Below, one piece after another: positions 1 through 9,331 of a stretch of 64,000 bases of DNA. How positions within the stretch are numbered: position 1 is the stretch's first letter; the number at the start of each line of letters is the position of its first letter. The position numbers and the translations under genes were made by a program. The notes beneath the pieces are model-generated. The model made no database searches. It was not told the origin of the DNA and saw only the letters and a list, made by a program, of their open reading frames with translations. The stretch spans positions 57,045 through 121,044 of the forward strand of contig CAYWNT010000004.1 in NCBI GenBank assembly GCA_964459725.1, read 5' to 3'. This DNA is from an uncultured Gammaproteobacteria bacterium (lineage in GTDB: Bacteria; Patescibacteriota; Patescibacteriia; Patescibacteriales; UBA12075).

Positions 1-328
1 TAGATAAGATAAGTCCTAGGAAAATTCCGCCATGAATAGCTAGCCCTCCTTGCCAGATTTTAAATATGTTTAAAGGATTATCTAGATAATATGGGAGTTC
101 CAGGAAGACATGATAAATCCTGCCGCCGATAATGCCACCAAAGATTATCCAAAAGGAGATGTCAATAATTTCATTTTTATCCAGATTATATTTTTCAGCC
201 AATTTGGTTATTATGTAGAGAGCTGCTAGTATGCCTAAAACAATAAAAAGACCATACCAGTGGATTTTAAATGGTCCTAGTTCTAATAATGTTGGATTTG
301 GCGTAAATGAATGTAGAAAGTTTATCAT
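1..328 (-). CDS. lgt: prolipoprotein diacylglyceryl transferase, N-terminal part (gene runs off the window start)
   Basis: Not in the ORF track because it is truncated. Reverse translation from ATG 328..326 gives MINFLHSF..FKIHWYGL..GGRIYHV..IWQGGLAIHGG, the typical Lgt N-terminal motifs. Confidence 0.8.
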   Translation of the reverse strand, partial: MINFLHSFTPNPTLLELGPFKIHWYGLFIVLGILAALYIITKLAEKYNLDKNEIIDISFWIIFGGIIGGRIYHVFLELPYYLDNPLNIFKIWQGGLAIHGGIFLGLILS

Positions 329-394
329 ACTTTTATTTTGCAGTGTGATAGTAAAAAAGTCAAATATTTTATAAAATAAAAAGCCAAGAACTCT

Positions 395-619
395 TTATGA
401 GCTCTTGGCGAATTTTGGGAATAATTGTTTCAATATTCGCAAAAATTTTATTAATCGTCTTATCAGCATCTCTAGAAAAGAGATTTTATTTTTTGCTTTC
501 ATCCAAAGCAAATTTTTGCAACTACAACAATAATCGTTCTTGCCCATCTGTTCTTTTTCCCATTTATTCAATGAGAAGATTATGCCTACCCCGCAGAAGG
601 GGCATGTCGTCTCGAACAT
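395..619 (-). CDS. small Cys-rich (zinc-ribbon-like) hypothetical protein
   Basis: 74-aa ORF with CPFC and CCSC cysteine pairs. It overlaps the upstream ORF by tens of nt, so the true start is uncertain. No family recognised. Confidence 0.3.
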   Translation of the reverse strand: MFETTCPFCGVGIIFSLNKWEKEQMGKNDYCCSCKNLLWMKAKNKISFLEMLIRRLIKFLRILKQLFPKFAKSS

Positions 620-806
620 GACTCCTCCTTTCTCGACTGATTGCCGAGATTGCTAGTGAAAACATGGTGGTTGCAAATGGCAACCCGATCAGTAGCCAAC
701 TGCCATGGTTGCCAACGTAACCCACGCTTATATGGTAGTAAATACCAAATAATGTTACCAAAAGGGCCGTGATGGCAATGATTGAAAAAACTCGTGAAAT
801 GTTCAT
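564..806 (-). CDS. small membrane protein (hypothetical)
   Basis: Track ORF 564..875 trimmed to the ATG at 806..804, which follows an AAGGAGG Shine-Dalgarno. The product MNISRVFSIIAITALLVTLFGIYY... is hydrophobic. Confidence 0.4.
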   Translation of the reverse strand: MNISRVFSIIAITALLVTLFGIYYHISVGYVGNHGSWLLIGLPFATTMFSLAISAISRERRSHVRDDMPLLRGRHNLLIE

Positions 807-928
807 CTCCACCTCCTTTTTTTTGATGGGAAAATGGGTATTAATTATATTATCACAAAAGATAGGATACGTCAAGTTTGTTTATAAATTTCTCATGTTT
901 TTATAATTTTTTTAGAAAAATTTTATTT

Positions 929-957
929 TTGACAAAACTCCCCCTTTTTATTAATAT
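929..957 (+). promoter_or_regulatory. sigma70-like promoter upstream of tsaE
   Basis: TTGACA (929-934), 17-nt spacer, TAATAT (952-957), about 20 nt before the ATG at 980. Confidence 0.4.
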
Positions 958-979
958 ATAACAATATTATGAAAATATT

Positions 980-1405
980 ATGAAAAATAAAATTATTACT
1001 AATTCTGAGCAGGAAACCTATGATTTTGCCCTTAAATTTGCCGAAAAATTGGCCGGAGGAGAGGTTTTGGCTCTATCTGGGGATCTTGGGGCGGGAAAGA
1101 CTGTATTTGCGCGAGGATTAGCTCATGGGCTTGGATATGACAAAAACGTGAATAGTCCTACTTTTGTAATAATGAAAAATTATAATGTAGGAAAATCACA
1201 TATTAAGGAGTTTGTACATATTGATGCTTACCGCTTAGAAAGGGGAGAGGAATTAGAGGCAATTGGTGCCCAGGATTATTTAGGCAAGAGTGATGTGGTG
1301 GTTGTTATAGAGTGGCCGGAAAATATAAAATCCATATTACCAAATAAAACAATATTCATAAATATTTCTAATTTGGATGAGCAGAGAAGGGAGATTACTT
1401 ATTAA
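980..1405 (+). CDS. tsaE: tRNA t6A37 biosynthesis ATPase TsaE (YjeE)
   Basis: 141 aa; Walker A GDLGAGKT followed by SPTF and HIDAYRL motifs typical of TsaE. Confidence 0.85.
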   Translation: MKNKIITNSEQETYDFALKFAEKLAGGEVLALSGDLGAGKTVFARGLAHGLGYDKNVNSPTFVIMKNYNVGKSHIKEFVHIDAYRLERGEELEAIGAQDYLGKSDVVVVIEWPENIKSILPNKTIFINISNLDEQRREITY

Positions 1406-1881
1406 TTATTGTTATTTACTTTTTTTGATTGTTTGTGTTCCATCCAGATGAGTATAGCTATAGAGCACACTATCATAGCATCAGCCATGTTGAAAATAGT
1501 AAAATATGTGAGGTCTAAATAGTCTATTACATAGCCGTATTTTATTCTATCAAAGAGATTACTAGATGCTCCAAGGATAGTAAAAAACAAAAGAGTTTGA
1601 TAAATAAAATTTTTACTTTTCGCTAATATTACAGAATATACAGCTAGTGCTAAAATTATAACAAAAATAGCGATATTTAAGAAAATTCCAGTCACAGGAA
1701 GAGAGAAAGCTATGAAATAATTCTTGGCAAAAGTGAAGCTTAGAACGTTTTTGATGATTGAAAAGCTGTTTTCTTGATCAAAATGTTCTATGGCAACAAG
1801 CTTAAACAATCTATCAAGTGACAAAAAAAAGATGGCTAAAATGTAATATTTGACCATCTTTTTTTGCATATATTTAAACAC
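1402..1881 (-). CDS. lspA: lipoprotein signal peptidase II
   Basis: 159 aa, 4 TM; SSNLFDRIKYGYVIDY and FNMADAMI motifs (catalytic Asp regions of LspA). Confidence 0.85.
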   Translation of the reverse strand: MFKYMQKKMVKYYILAIFFLSLDRLFKLVAIEHFDQENSFSIIKNVLSFTFAKNYFIAFSLPVTGIFLNIAIFVIILALAVYSVILAKSKNFIYQTLLFFTILGASSNLFDRIKYGYVIDYLDLTYFTIFNMADAMIVCSIAILIWMEHKQSKKVNNNN

Positions 1882-1924
1882 AAAAGTTTTAAATTTATAG
1901 AGTTTCTGCTAATATTAGCAGTAT

Positions 1925-2311
1925 TTATTGATTTTGAAGTTTTGTTTTGCAAGGCACGCAAGCACTAGCCACAGCTCTTGCTTCTAAACGCTTTTTTGCA
2001 ATAGGTTCATCACAATATTTGCAAATACCGTATGTTCCATCTTCAATTCTTTTAAGGGCACCATCAATATCTCTTAGAGTTGATTCTAAGACTTTATCAG
2101 TGGCTAAATTCTTTGTATATTCGTCAATTTCTTGAGCATTTTCATCTGATTTACTACCATATTCAGGAAATTTTACTTTATGAGACTTTCCTTCTTCTCC
2201 TTCTGTTATTTCTTTTAGCTCTTTAACAATTTGTTCTTTTCTGGCCAGTAATCCTTCTTTGATTTTTTCTAGCTCTTCTTTTGTTAGTTCTGGGTGCTTT
2301 ATATCTGTCAT
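1925..2311 (-). CDS. DksA/TraR-family C4 zinc-finger protein
   Basis: 128 aa; coiled-coil N-terminus and C-terminal CKYC..x17..CVPC zinc finger. Confidence 0.75.
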   Translation of the reverse strand: MTDIKHPELTKEELEKIKEGLLARKEQIVKELKEITEGEEGKSHKVKFPEYGSKSDENAQEIDEYTKNLATDKVLESTLRDIDGALKRIEDGTYGICKYCDEPIAKKRLEARAVASACVPCKTKLQNQ

Positions 2312-3156
2312 ATATTTTACGATAATATAGATAAAATATTAGTAAAATTTACTAATATTATATAAATAATAGATATTAACGTCTATTTTATAAAAAAATT
2401 CCTCTTTTGAGAAATTTATTACTTATATTATATGCCTTTTTATAGAATTATGCAAGAGCGTATGTTGGGATTTGAATTTTGGGTTTGGCATGGGAATTTA
2501 ACAATAGATTGTGATTTTAATTTTTAGGCAAGGTGAGGGTAAAAAAATATAAAACATTATCTTTACAATCTAGACAGAGTTTTATGAAAGTGATGGAAAA
2601 ACAGCAACTGAATAAAAATTAGAATAAAATTTGAAGGAGGGTATGAATAAAAGTATATGAAAATATGTAAGTTTTTTGGAATAAAAAAAGGGGCCCAGAC
2701 GGGCCCCTTCTATGAGAATATGTAGGCCAAAACATTCTGAGCCCCATCCCTCAGAATTTTTATACTTAAATAAGTATAAAATATTTCTGCAGGGGTGAAG
2801 CTTTATTAACGACTTTATAAAGCAATTTTCTACCGATCAATCGGTAAGTTCCAATATGTATGAAAACTTATTAGAGCCAACCTTTTTGTTTTTATTTTTC
2901 TTTGATGACTATGTCGTCACTAGTCAGGAGTTGCGGAAGTATTGATTAGTAAAAAATTTATATATTTTTTTAAATAACATTTAAATTTTTCCCTTCTTTT
3001 ATCTTTATATTAATATAATACCATATAAAAATATTTAAGTCAATCGTCATGAGTTAAAAAAAATATAACTAACTTTAGCATAAAAACTGAACACAAAAAT
3101 TGTTCAAAAATTCAATTTTTGACTTTTGTCTACAATACAGTGGACTTAAAACGAAA

Positions 3157-3198
3157 TTATCCACATATTGAGCGTTTTATCCACATTTTTGTGCATAA
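3157..3198. promoter_or_regulatory. DnaA-box cluster (candidate oriC element or DnaA-regulated site)
   Basis: Perfect TTATCCACA at 3157-3165 and 3177-3185. Inverted TGTGCATAA (1 mismatch to TGTGGATAA) at 3190-3198. A further TTATCCACT at 3494-3502. Confidence 0.45.
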
Positions 3199-3208
3199 GT
3201 GGCATTTT

Positions 3209-3230
3209 AAGTCTAAGCTAGCTTGGACTT
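3209..3230. repeat. 22-nt near-perfect palindrome AAGTCTAAGCTAGCTTGGACTT
   Basis: Self-complementary except for one T/G position; arms end in the AAGTC/GACTT word. Confidence 0.7.
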
Positions 3231-3268
3231 TGAGATTATTTAATATTATGTTTATTGATAAGATAATT

Positions 3269-3294
3269 TAAAGTCCACGATATCGTGGACTTTA
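3269..3294. repeat. 26-nt perfect palindrome TAAAGTCCACGATATCGTGGACTTTA
   Basis: Exact reverse-complement symmetry read directly. Same AAAGTC/GACTTT arms. A further GTGGACTT copy at 3140-3147. Confidence 0.8.
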
Positions 3295-3385
3295 GTTTGG
3301 GTATAATAAAAAATGGCATTTCACCATTTTTGTATTCTCAGTATATTGTTTTTGGTTTTTGTGTGTTTGTTGAAAAGAATCTTTG

Positions 3386-3457
3386 AGGCCTGAGAGGGAG
3401 TCGAACCCACGATCAGAGTTTTGCAAACTCGTGCCTTAACCACTTGGCTATCAGGCC
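3386..3457 (-). tRNA. tRNA-Cys (GCA)
   Basis: 72-nt cloverleaf on the minus strand. Acceptor GGCCTGA/TCAGGCC, anticodon loop TTGCAAA, T-loop TTCGACT, discriminator U. A13-A22 mismatch as in other tRNA-Cys; one U-U mismatch in the T stem. Confidence 0.8.
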
Positions 3458-3701
3458 TGTATATTTATTTTCAGTTTAAGTAAAAAATCAGCTTTATCCA
3501 CTAAAATCTAATATACCAAAGTTCTTTTGAAATAGCAAGAATTATTATATTATTCTTTTTTGTTAAAAAATATTGCGATTTTCCCTGTTTATGTTGTGTT
3601 TTTGTTGTATTTCCTGTAAAATATAAGTATTAAGTTCGATTATTAGAATATTTTCTAATAATTTATTTAAAATTGAAATTATATGAAAAAATTATCTCAA
3701 A

Positions 3702-4070
3702 ATGAAAGGGGGTGGATTTATGATTAAAAAAATTGATACTTTTGGAAAAGTTTGGAGAATTGTCCTAGCATTAGCAATCTTTGGATTAGGTTACTATTAC
3801 GAGAGCTGGTGGGGTCTTTTGGGGCTGATACCTTTGGCATTTGGTGCTTCTGGATATTGCTACATCCCTCCTTTTATGGAAAAAAAGGATTGCAAAGATG
3901 ACGTTCCTGAAGAATTTAAAGAAGCAATGGAGCAAAAGCAAAGCGAGGACACTTCTGAAGCCTCAGAGACCTCTGATACTACTTCTCAAGAGGAAAGCTC
4001 TGAGGAAGAATCAAAAGAGAGCTCAGAAGAGCAAGAACCTGGCACGGAAGAAGAGAAAAAGAGCGAATAG
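3702..4070 (+). CDS. DUF2892/YgaP-like two-TM protein with acidic Ser/Glu-rich tail
   Basis: GGGGG-type SD before the ATG. Two TM segments ending in GASGYCYIPPF, resembling the YgaP-like membrane domain. Low-complexity SE-rich C-terminus. Confidence 0.5.
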   Translation: MKGGGFMIKKIDTFGKVWRIVLALAIFGLGYYYESWWGLLGLIPLAFGASGYCYIPPFMEKKDCKDDVPEEFKEAMEQKQSEDTSEASETSDTTSQEESSEEESKESSEEQEPGTEEEKKSE

Positions 4071-4456
4071 CTCATCTGAGTGTGTGAAACACTTTATTTT
4101 AATAAAAATCATTGACTTTACTGGTTGATGATTTTTATTTTTAGTGACTATTTTAAAATAATAGATATTTTCTGTTAAAAAGATAATTATATTGACATTT
4201 AGCTTTTTATATAATATTATAAGGAAATAATTAAAATTTCTTTAATTTTTTAATCGTTCATTTTATTGAAGTTTCGCAATTTAAAGCAAGAGCCTAATTA
4301 TGAAAATTTATAAAGGAACAAATATTATTTGTTCCTGTTTTTTGTAATTTATAATATAGTTAACAAACAAGAAAAAGGAGAAAAAGGTATGAGAGAATAA
4401 TTGAAAAAGGGTAGGAAACCACAAAAACTAAAAACTTTTACTAAGAGGGAAAAAGA

Positions 4457-5209
4457 ATGAGAAAGGTTAAATTATTTTCTGCTGTATGTTGTTTTGTTTT
4501 GATGAGCGCTTTCGCTACTTCTGTATATGCTGAGACTATCGATTTTGAAAGCGGTGACTTATCCCAGTGGACAATGGGTGAACATTTTCCTGGCACTGGC
4601 ACTATGGACATTGTTTCTGGTAACCTGGATGGGACTGGAAACAATATGCTGAGGACTACGGTCAGCAATGATGGCACAGGAGTGAATGACTATTCTGTTG
4701 CCTATTACGCGCCAAGCATGGCATATTCTGACTACTCTCTAAGTTTTGATTTTATGTTTGACGGGTCGACTGCGAGGTATAATAAGCTTTCGATGAGATT
4801 TTATGGCCAGGATATGAGTAATATTTTTAGCCAAACTTATCTTATTAGCGCTGGGCCATACCAGAACTACTTATCTTTGTATCGATATGATGATGGTGGT
4901 TATTTGGGCGGTATTCAGCTTGGAAGTGTTACTTATGATTTTGCCAGCAACGTCACATATCATGGTGATATACAGGTAAATGACGGCAACATCGGTATCT
5001 ACATAAATGGCGAGCTGCTTATTGACGTTTTTGATGATACCTACACCTCGGGTGCCTTTGGTTTTGGTTCCGGTAATGCCGGTACGGAAAATAACAGAAC
5101 TACATACTGGGACAACATCGTTGTTTCCAATGAGGTTCCTGAGCCAGCGAGTATGCTTCTTATCGCTTCGGGACTCGCCGGTCTTATCGGGTTACGTCGA
5201 AAAAAATAA
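4457..5209 (+). CDS. secreted lectin/LamG-like protein with PEP-CTERM sorting signal
   Basis: N-terminal signal peptide (..ATSVYA|ET). C-terminus VPEPASMLLIASGLAGLIGLRRKK is the canonical PEP motif plus TM helix plus basic tail. Confidence 0.75.
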   Translation: MRKVKLFSAVCCFVLMSAFATSVYAETIDFESGDLSQWTMGEHFPGTGTMDIVSGNLDGTGNNMLRTTVSNDGTGVNDYSVAYYAPSMAYSDYSLSFDFMFDGSTARYNKLSMRFYGQDMSNIFSQTYLISAGPYQNYLSLYRYDDGGYLGGIQLGSVTYDFASNVTYHGDIQVNDGNIGIYINGELLIDVFDDTYTSGAFGFGSGNAGTENNRTTYWDNIVVSNEVPEPASMLLIASGLAGLIGLRRKK

Positions 5210-5231
5210 GGGTAAGTAAATAAAAAAATAC

Positions 5232-5271
5232 TCCCACATTCTTTGCTAAAAAAGAATGTGGGATTTATTTT
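5232..5271. terminator. bidirectional intrinsic terminator between convergent genes
   Basis: 12-bp stem TCCCACATTCTT / AAGAATGTGGGA followed by TTTATTTT; A-run on the other side. Confidence 0.7.
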
Positions 5272-5298
5272 ACTCGGATTTTTAGTTCTTTGGGAGTT

Positions 5299-5826
5299 TT
5301 AAATTCCTGGATAATTGTAGCCAATGCATTCCTTGATTAAATCACGGTGTTCTGAAGCGTTATTTGGAAATTCATCGGCAACTTTTACCAGCAAATGAAA
5401 AGCGGTTCTATTGACCAAGAAATTTTCATGTAAGAGTCCTTTTTTAATGCAATAAAGTATAGTTTGAAAATTAGCACGAGCATTATCAGGTGAAATTTCA
5501 ATTATTTTTTCCAGTGAATTGAGCACCTTCGAATTTGGATTTTCATTCGGATGTAATTCGTCAAAAAAGGAAACCGAGAAACCTCTCTCCACGCTTATTC
5601 CGTCATAGATTGACTCCACAATTTCGGGATAATGAGAGATAACCAGGTCTGGTCTCTTTTCAATTAATTTACATAAAAGATCAGAAGCATCCTGAAAAAC
5701 ATCTTTGCTTTCATCTCTCATGGCGCCTTGAAGCACCTCTGCTATTTCCTCCCATGAAAGGTGGTCGTTTTCAATGTGTCTAACAGTCCAATTAGTTTTT
5801 TTACTTAAACTTATTTCTTCTTTCAT
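5299..5826 (-). CDS. hypothetical protein (alpha-helical)
   Basis: 175-aa ORF with coding-like composition; no family recognised. Confidence 0.45.
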   Translation of the reverse strand: MKEEISLSKKTNWTVRHIENDHLSWEEIAEVLQGAMRDESKDVFQDASDLLCKLIEKRPDLVISHYPEIVESIYDGISVERGFSVSFFDELHPNENPNSKVLNSLEKIIEISPDNARANFQTILYCIKKGLLHENFLVNRTAFHLLVKVADEFPNNASEHRDLIKECIGYNYPGI

Positions 5827-5889
5827 GATCCTTCTCCCTTATTATGAAGTTTTATTTTTTAAAACTTATTTATCAATGAACAAGTATGT

Positions 5890-7047
5890 TTATTTTTTCT
5901 GAATTGATCTATGAATTAGTCTAGACATGGCACCAAGACTAATTAACATAAATGCACAACCCACTAGCCATCCGATAATTGGAATAATAGCAATTATATT
6001 TAGGGTGATTACACCCACTACTACTTCCTGCCAACGTACAGAATAAGTATTTCGTTTTTTGATTGTTTTAATAAGCCAACTTCCAAAAGTAATACTAGCA
6101 ATAACAGAGGATAGCATAAGTAATAGGACATAGGCCACAGCAAGTAATCCGGCGAGATAAAGGCCAACCATGGTAATGGCTAAAATAATTCCTGCGATAG
6201 GAGTTAGGAAAAGAACTGCGAAACCAACACCTAGACTGCTCCAGGTGTTACTCATACCATCTCTTACTACGGTTTTTATTAGGGTTCTAAAGAAGTAAAT
6301 TAGGACAAGACCGGTTAGTATAAAGATCAGTGTTTTCAGAAGGAATAAGCCAGTCAGGACACCAAAAACTGTTTTAAACGAAGGCGCGCCTTTTCCTTTG
6401 ACCGCTCTTTGATCAAAATCAACTGCACCCATGATTTTGGCATTATCATGAATATTGGCCTCTTTTGGCGAGGTGTATTTTAGATTGCTCTCAATTTCAG
6501 CTGATTCTCCTATTGTTATTTTTTCTGCCTTGATATTAGTTAGTCCGCTTATCTTGCTGTTTAGAGTTACTTCACCGCCACCTATGAGAACTTTTCCGGT
6601 AACCGGACCTTGAATATCAACAGTGCCTCCTCCAACAACCAGATCGCCGCCTATTGAGGCCGATTTTGATATTAGGATATTTCCACCGCCTATAAATAGG
6701 TCTTCTGCTATGTTTCCTTCGATAACAACACTACCTCCTGCAGCATGAACATTTCCCCCAACAGCCCTTTTTATTATTACAGTTCCGCCTGCAGCCAAAA
6801 CGTTATCTTCCACGTTCCCGCCAACTGTTACTATATTTCCCGCAGCGTAGAGGTCTTTTTGTACTTCACCATCGATCGATATAATATTCCCCGCAGTATA
6901 CAGATTTTTTATTGTTTCTTCTGAGCCAATGGTGACGTTTCCTCTCTCTCCGCTAACTTTAAATTCAGCTGCTGTTGCTATGGAGATATTAAGTCCGACA
7001 AATAACACCAGGACCAGTGTTATAAAAAGATTTCTTTTGATTTTCAT
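5890..7047 (-). CDS. membrane protein with N-terminal beta-helical (bactofilin-like) repeats
   Basis: Signal peptide. About ten degenerate repeats of AAGN(I/V).(I/V).G.V / GGG.V type. C-terminal half has 4-5 TM helices. Confidence 0.55.
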   Translation of the reverse strand: MKIKRNLFITLVLVLFVGLNISIATAAEFKVSGERGNVTIGSEETIKNLYTAGNIISIDGEVQKDLYAAGNIVTVGGNVEDNVLAAGGTVIIKRAVGGNVHAAGGSVVIEGNIAEDLFIGGGNILISKSASIGGDLVVGGGTVDIQGPVTGKVLIGGGEVTLNSKISGLTNIKAEKITIGESAEIESNLKYTSPKEANIHDNAKIMGAVDFDQRAVKGKGAPSFKTVFGVLTGLFLLKTLIFILTGLVLIYFFRTLIKTVVRDGMSNTWSSLGVGFAVLFLTPIAGIILAITMVGLYLAGLLAVAYVLLLMLSSVIASITFGSWLIKTIKKRNTYSVRWQEVVVGVITLNIIAIIPIIGWLVGCAFMLISLGAMSRLIHRSIQKK

Positions 7048-7245
7048 ATTATTAAAATTACAAATTAGATGAATAAAGATTAGTATCTTATCTTAAAATT
7101 ATCACATTTATTGATTAAAAATATATTAAGAAATAATAAGCTTTGGTGGAAAAATTAACCATTGACTTTAGTGAAACACTATGTCAAAATCTCTAATTAT
7201 AGGACCTTAAAATCAACATAAAATAATTTTAAAGAGAGGTTCGTC

Positions 7246-7467
7246 ATGAAAAATAAAAAAACTCCTAAAGTTGTAAGTTTTCGAGAGGCAAAGAATGAAA
7301 TAAAAAGATTAAAAACAAAACTTGTCGGCCGGTGTCTTGTATCCAAAGAAATTGAACGATTAATAGAAATGCAGAAAGTAACTAGAAGGTTTTATTTTTT
7401 TTGTTTTGTTGGTGTGTCAATAGTGCTAGTTTTATTTTTGGTTTCATATTTTTTAATCTATAAATAA
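7246..7467 (+). CDS. small tail-anchored membrane protein (hypothetical)
   Basis: 73 aa; GAGAGG SD-like sequence upstream; C-terminal TM helix. Hairpin terminator AATAACCAT..ATGGTTATT at 7520-7556. Confidence 0.4.
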   Translation: MKNKKTPKVVSFREAKNEIKRLKTKLVGRCLVSKEIERLIEMQKVTRRFYFFCFVGVSIVLVLFLVSYFLIYK

Positions 7468-7700
7468 AATATGAAAGAAGGATGATGTTGGAAAATTAAT
7501 CGTGACACCTCGAAAAATCAATAACCATTTTGGCAACAAGATGGTTATTTTATTTTAGATTTTTAATAATTTTGTTGTTATTTTTTATTTAAAACATTTC
7601 TTATTTTTAGATAGGAATATGTTATAATGAAAATATGAATAGTAACTAAAAAGCAAAATATACTTTATTGTTTATTTAAGATAATTATAAAGAAAAAAAT

Positions 7701-8573
7701 ATGGCTAAAATTAAAAAAGCGATTTTACCGGTTGCTGGTTTCGGGACAAGGCTAATACCTGCAACCAAGGCTCAGCCAAAAGAGATGCTGCCTGTTGTAG
7801 ATAAGCCGGCAATTCAATATTTAGTTGAGGAGGCTGTGGAGGCCGGCATAGAAGAAATAATATTTGTGACCGGTCGTGGCAAGAGATCAATCGAGGATCA
7901 CTTTGATCATTCTTTTGAGCTGGAACATACGTTAGTAGAAAAGAACAAGCATGAGTTATTAGAAAAAGTGAGAAAAATTAGCGACATGGCCAAGTTTTCC
8001 TACGTCAGGCAGCCTTTGCCACTTGGCAATGGACACGCTATCAAGTGTGCCTCTCATCTGGTTGGAGATGACGAACCGGTTTTAGTTATGTTTGGAGATA
8101 CTTTGTATGACTACAAAGATAAATCTCCATCGCAACAGATCATGGAGGTTTATGAAAAATATGGAGAACCGGTAATCGGGCTTTCTGAAATCGATAAGAA
8201 AGACACTGATAAATTTGGAATTATTGATGGTAAAAAGATTAGCGATGATGTATATGAAATCAAAGAGGTGGTAGAAAAACCAAAACCGGAAGATGCGCCA
8301 ACTAATCTGGCAGCCGTGGGTGCTTACGTTATTACACCAGACATAATGGAGATATTGAAAAATATAAAAGAAGGACGCACCGGAGAAATTGGACTAGATG
8401 ACGCCTTTTATGCTCTCTTGGAAAATAATAAAGCATTGTATGGAAAAAAACTGGAAGGAGAGTGGCTTGATACAGGGGACAAGCTCAGCTTTATAAAAGC
8501 GACTATAAAACTTGGGATAAAGGATGAGGAGATCGGGGAGGACTTGAAAAAATTTATTCAAGATTTGAAATAA
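7701..8573 (+). CDS. galU: UTP--glucose-1-phosphate uridylyltransferase
   Basis: 290 aa; KAILPVAGFGTRLIPATKAQPKEMLPVVDKP signature; VEKP motif near residue 190. Confidence 0.9.
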   Translation: MAKIKKAILPVAGFGTRLIPATKAQPKEMLPVVDKPAIQYLVEEAVEAGIEEIIFVTGRGKRSIEDHFDHSFELEHTLVEKNKHELLEKVRKISDMAKFSYVRQPLPLGNGHAIKCASHLVGDDEPVLVMFGDTLYDYKDKSPSQQIMEVYEKYGEPVIGLSEIDKKDTDKFGIIDGKKISDDVYEIKEVVEKPKPEDAPTNLAAVGAYVITPDIMEILKNIKEGRTGEIGLDDAFYALLENNKALYGKKLEGEWLDTGDKLSFIKATIKLGIKDEEIGEDLKKFIQDLK

Positions 8574-8584
8574 AACAAGATAAA

Positions 8585-9028
8585 ATGAAAAATTATTTTT
8601 TATCCAAAACCAAAATACCAAATAGCTTACCAGGTGACATAGAAGAGGTTGTTGAAGAGCTAAGGAGTCTTTCGAGTCAGGATGAGTGCCTGAAGAGGGC
8701 GTATGAGATTATGACAAGTAGATATCGTGGGTATAGGCTGAGGACATTTAACAGATTTTTCCAGATATTTACTTTTGATCTTCAAAAGCTTTGGAAGAAG
8801 AAAGGTTTTATTCATTGTCATAATGCTAATTATTTAATGAGGGTATTGTTGGTTGGAAGTGGATTTTTTAAAAATGAAGACATTGAAAATAAGTGGACGC
8901 TTATTTGGCATATTTCTCTTCATCAATATTTGAGGATAAGACAAGAAAACGGAAAATATATCAATGTTGATATTTGGGGAGCACATTACGGTTATGATTT
9001 TGGGAATTATGTTCATGGATTTCATTGA
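8585..9028 (+). CDS. hypothetical protein, possibly transglutaminase-like cysteine-peptidase fold
   Basis: 147 aa. The Cys (GFIHCHNANYLMRVLL), His (SLHQY) and Asp (NVDIW) spacing resembles the transglutaminase-core C-H-D order. Weak. Confidence 0.35.
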   Translation: MKNYFLSKTKIPNSLPGDIEEVVEELRSLSSQDECLKRAYEIMTSRYRGYRLRTFNRFFQIFTFDLQKLWKKKGFIHCHNANYLMRVLLVGSGFFKNEDIENKWTLIWHISLHQYLRIRQENGKYINVDIWGAHYGYDFGNYVHGFH

Positions 9029-9120
9029 TTTTAGGCCTTGTAATTATTGAAAAATAGTGATAATATAAATTAATTATAATTTTGTTCTTAAAAATTTTAC
9101 CCAAATATAAGGAGGTTGTT

Positions 9121-9294
9121 ATGATTGACAAAACATTAATAATGGATACGGCGAATTGTTGGCTTTGGTTAATTCTCTCTCCTTTTTTGATAGTAGTAGG
9201 GCTTCATCTTTTTCAATGTTTGTTGGGTTGGAGGATGAGCAAAAAAATTAAGAAAAATCCATATATTGTATATGGAGAAAGATATCCTTTTTAG
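9121..9294 (+). CDS. small membrane protein (hypothetical)
   Basis: Track ORF 9082..9294 trimmed to the ATG at 9121, 5 nt after GGAGG (9111-9115); one TM helix. Confidence 0.45.
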   Translation: MIDKTLIMDTANCWLWLILSPFLIVVGLHLFQCLLGWRMSKKIKKNPYIVYGERYPF

Positions 9295-9331
9295 TGTTTC
9301 AATACAAAATTAATAAAATGGAGGTGAGGCT

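Noticed and set aside
3841-4128. 95-aa alternative-frame ORF overlapping the tail of the 3702 gene, and similar overlapping pairs (5007..5219, 11746..11955, 13715..13930)
   Set aside because: These are frame-shifted shadows of better-supported ORFs, with Lys/Arg-rich or Leu/Ile-rich junk composition and no SD.
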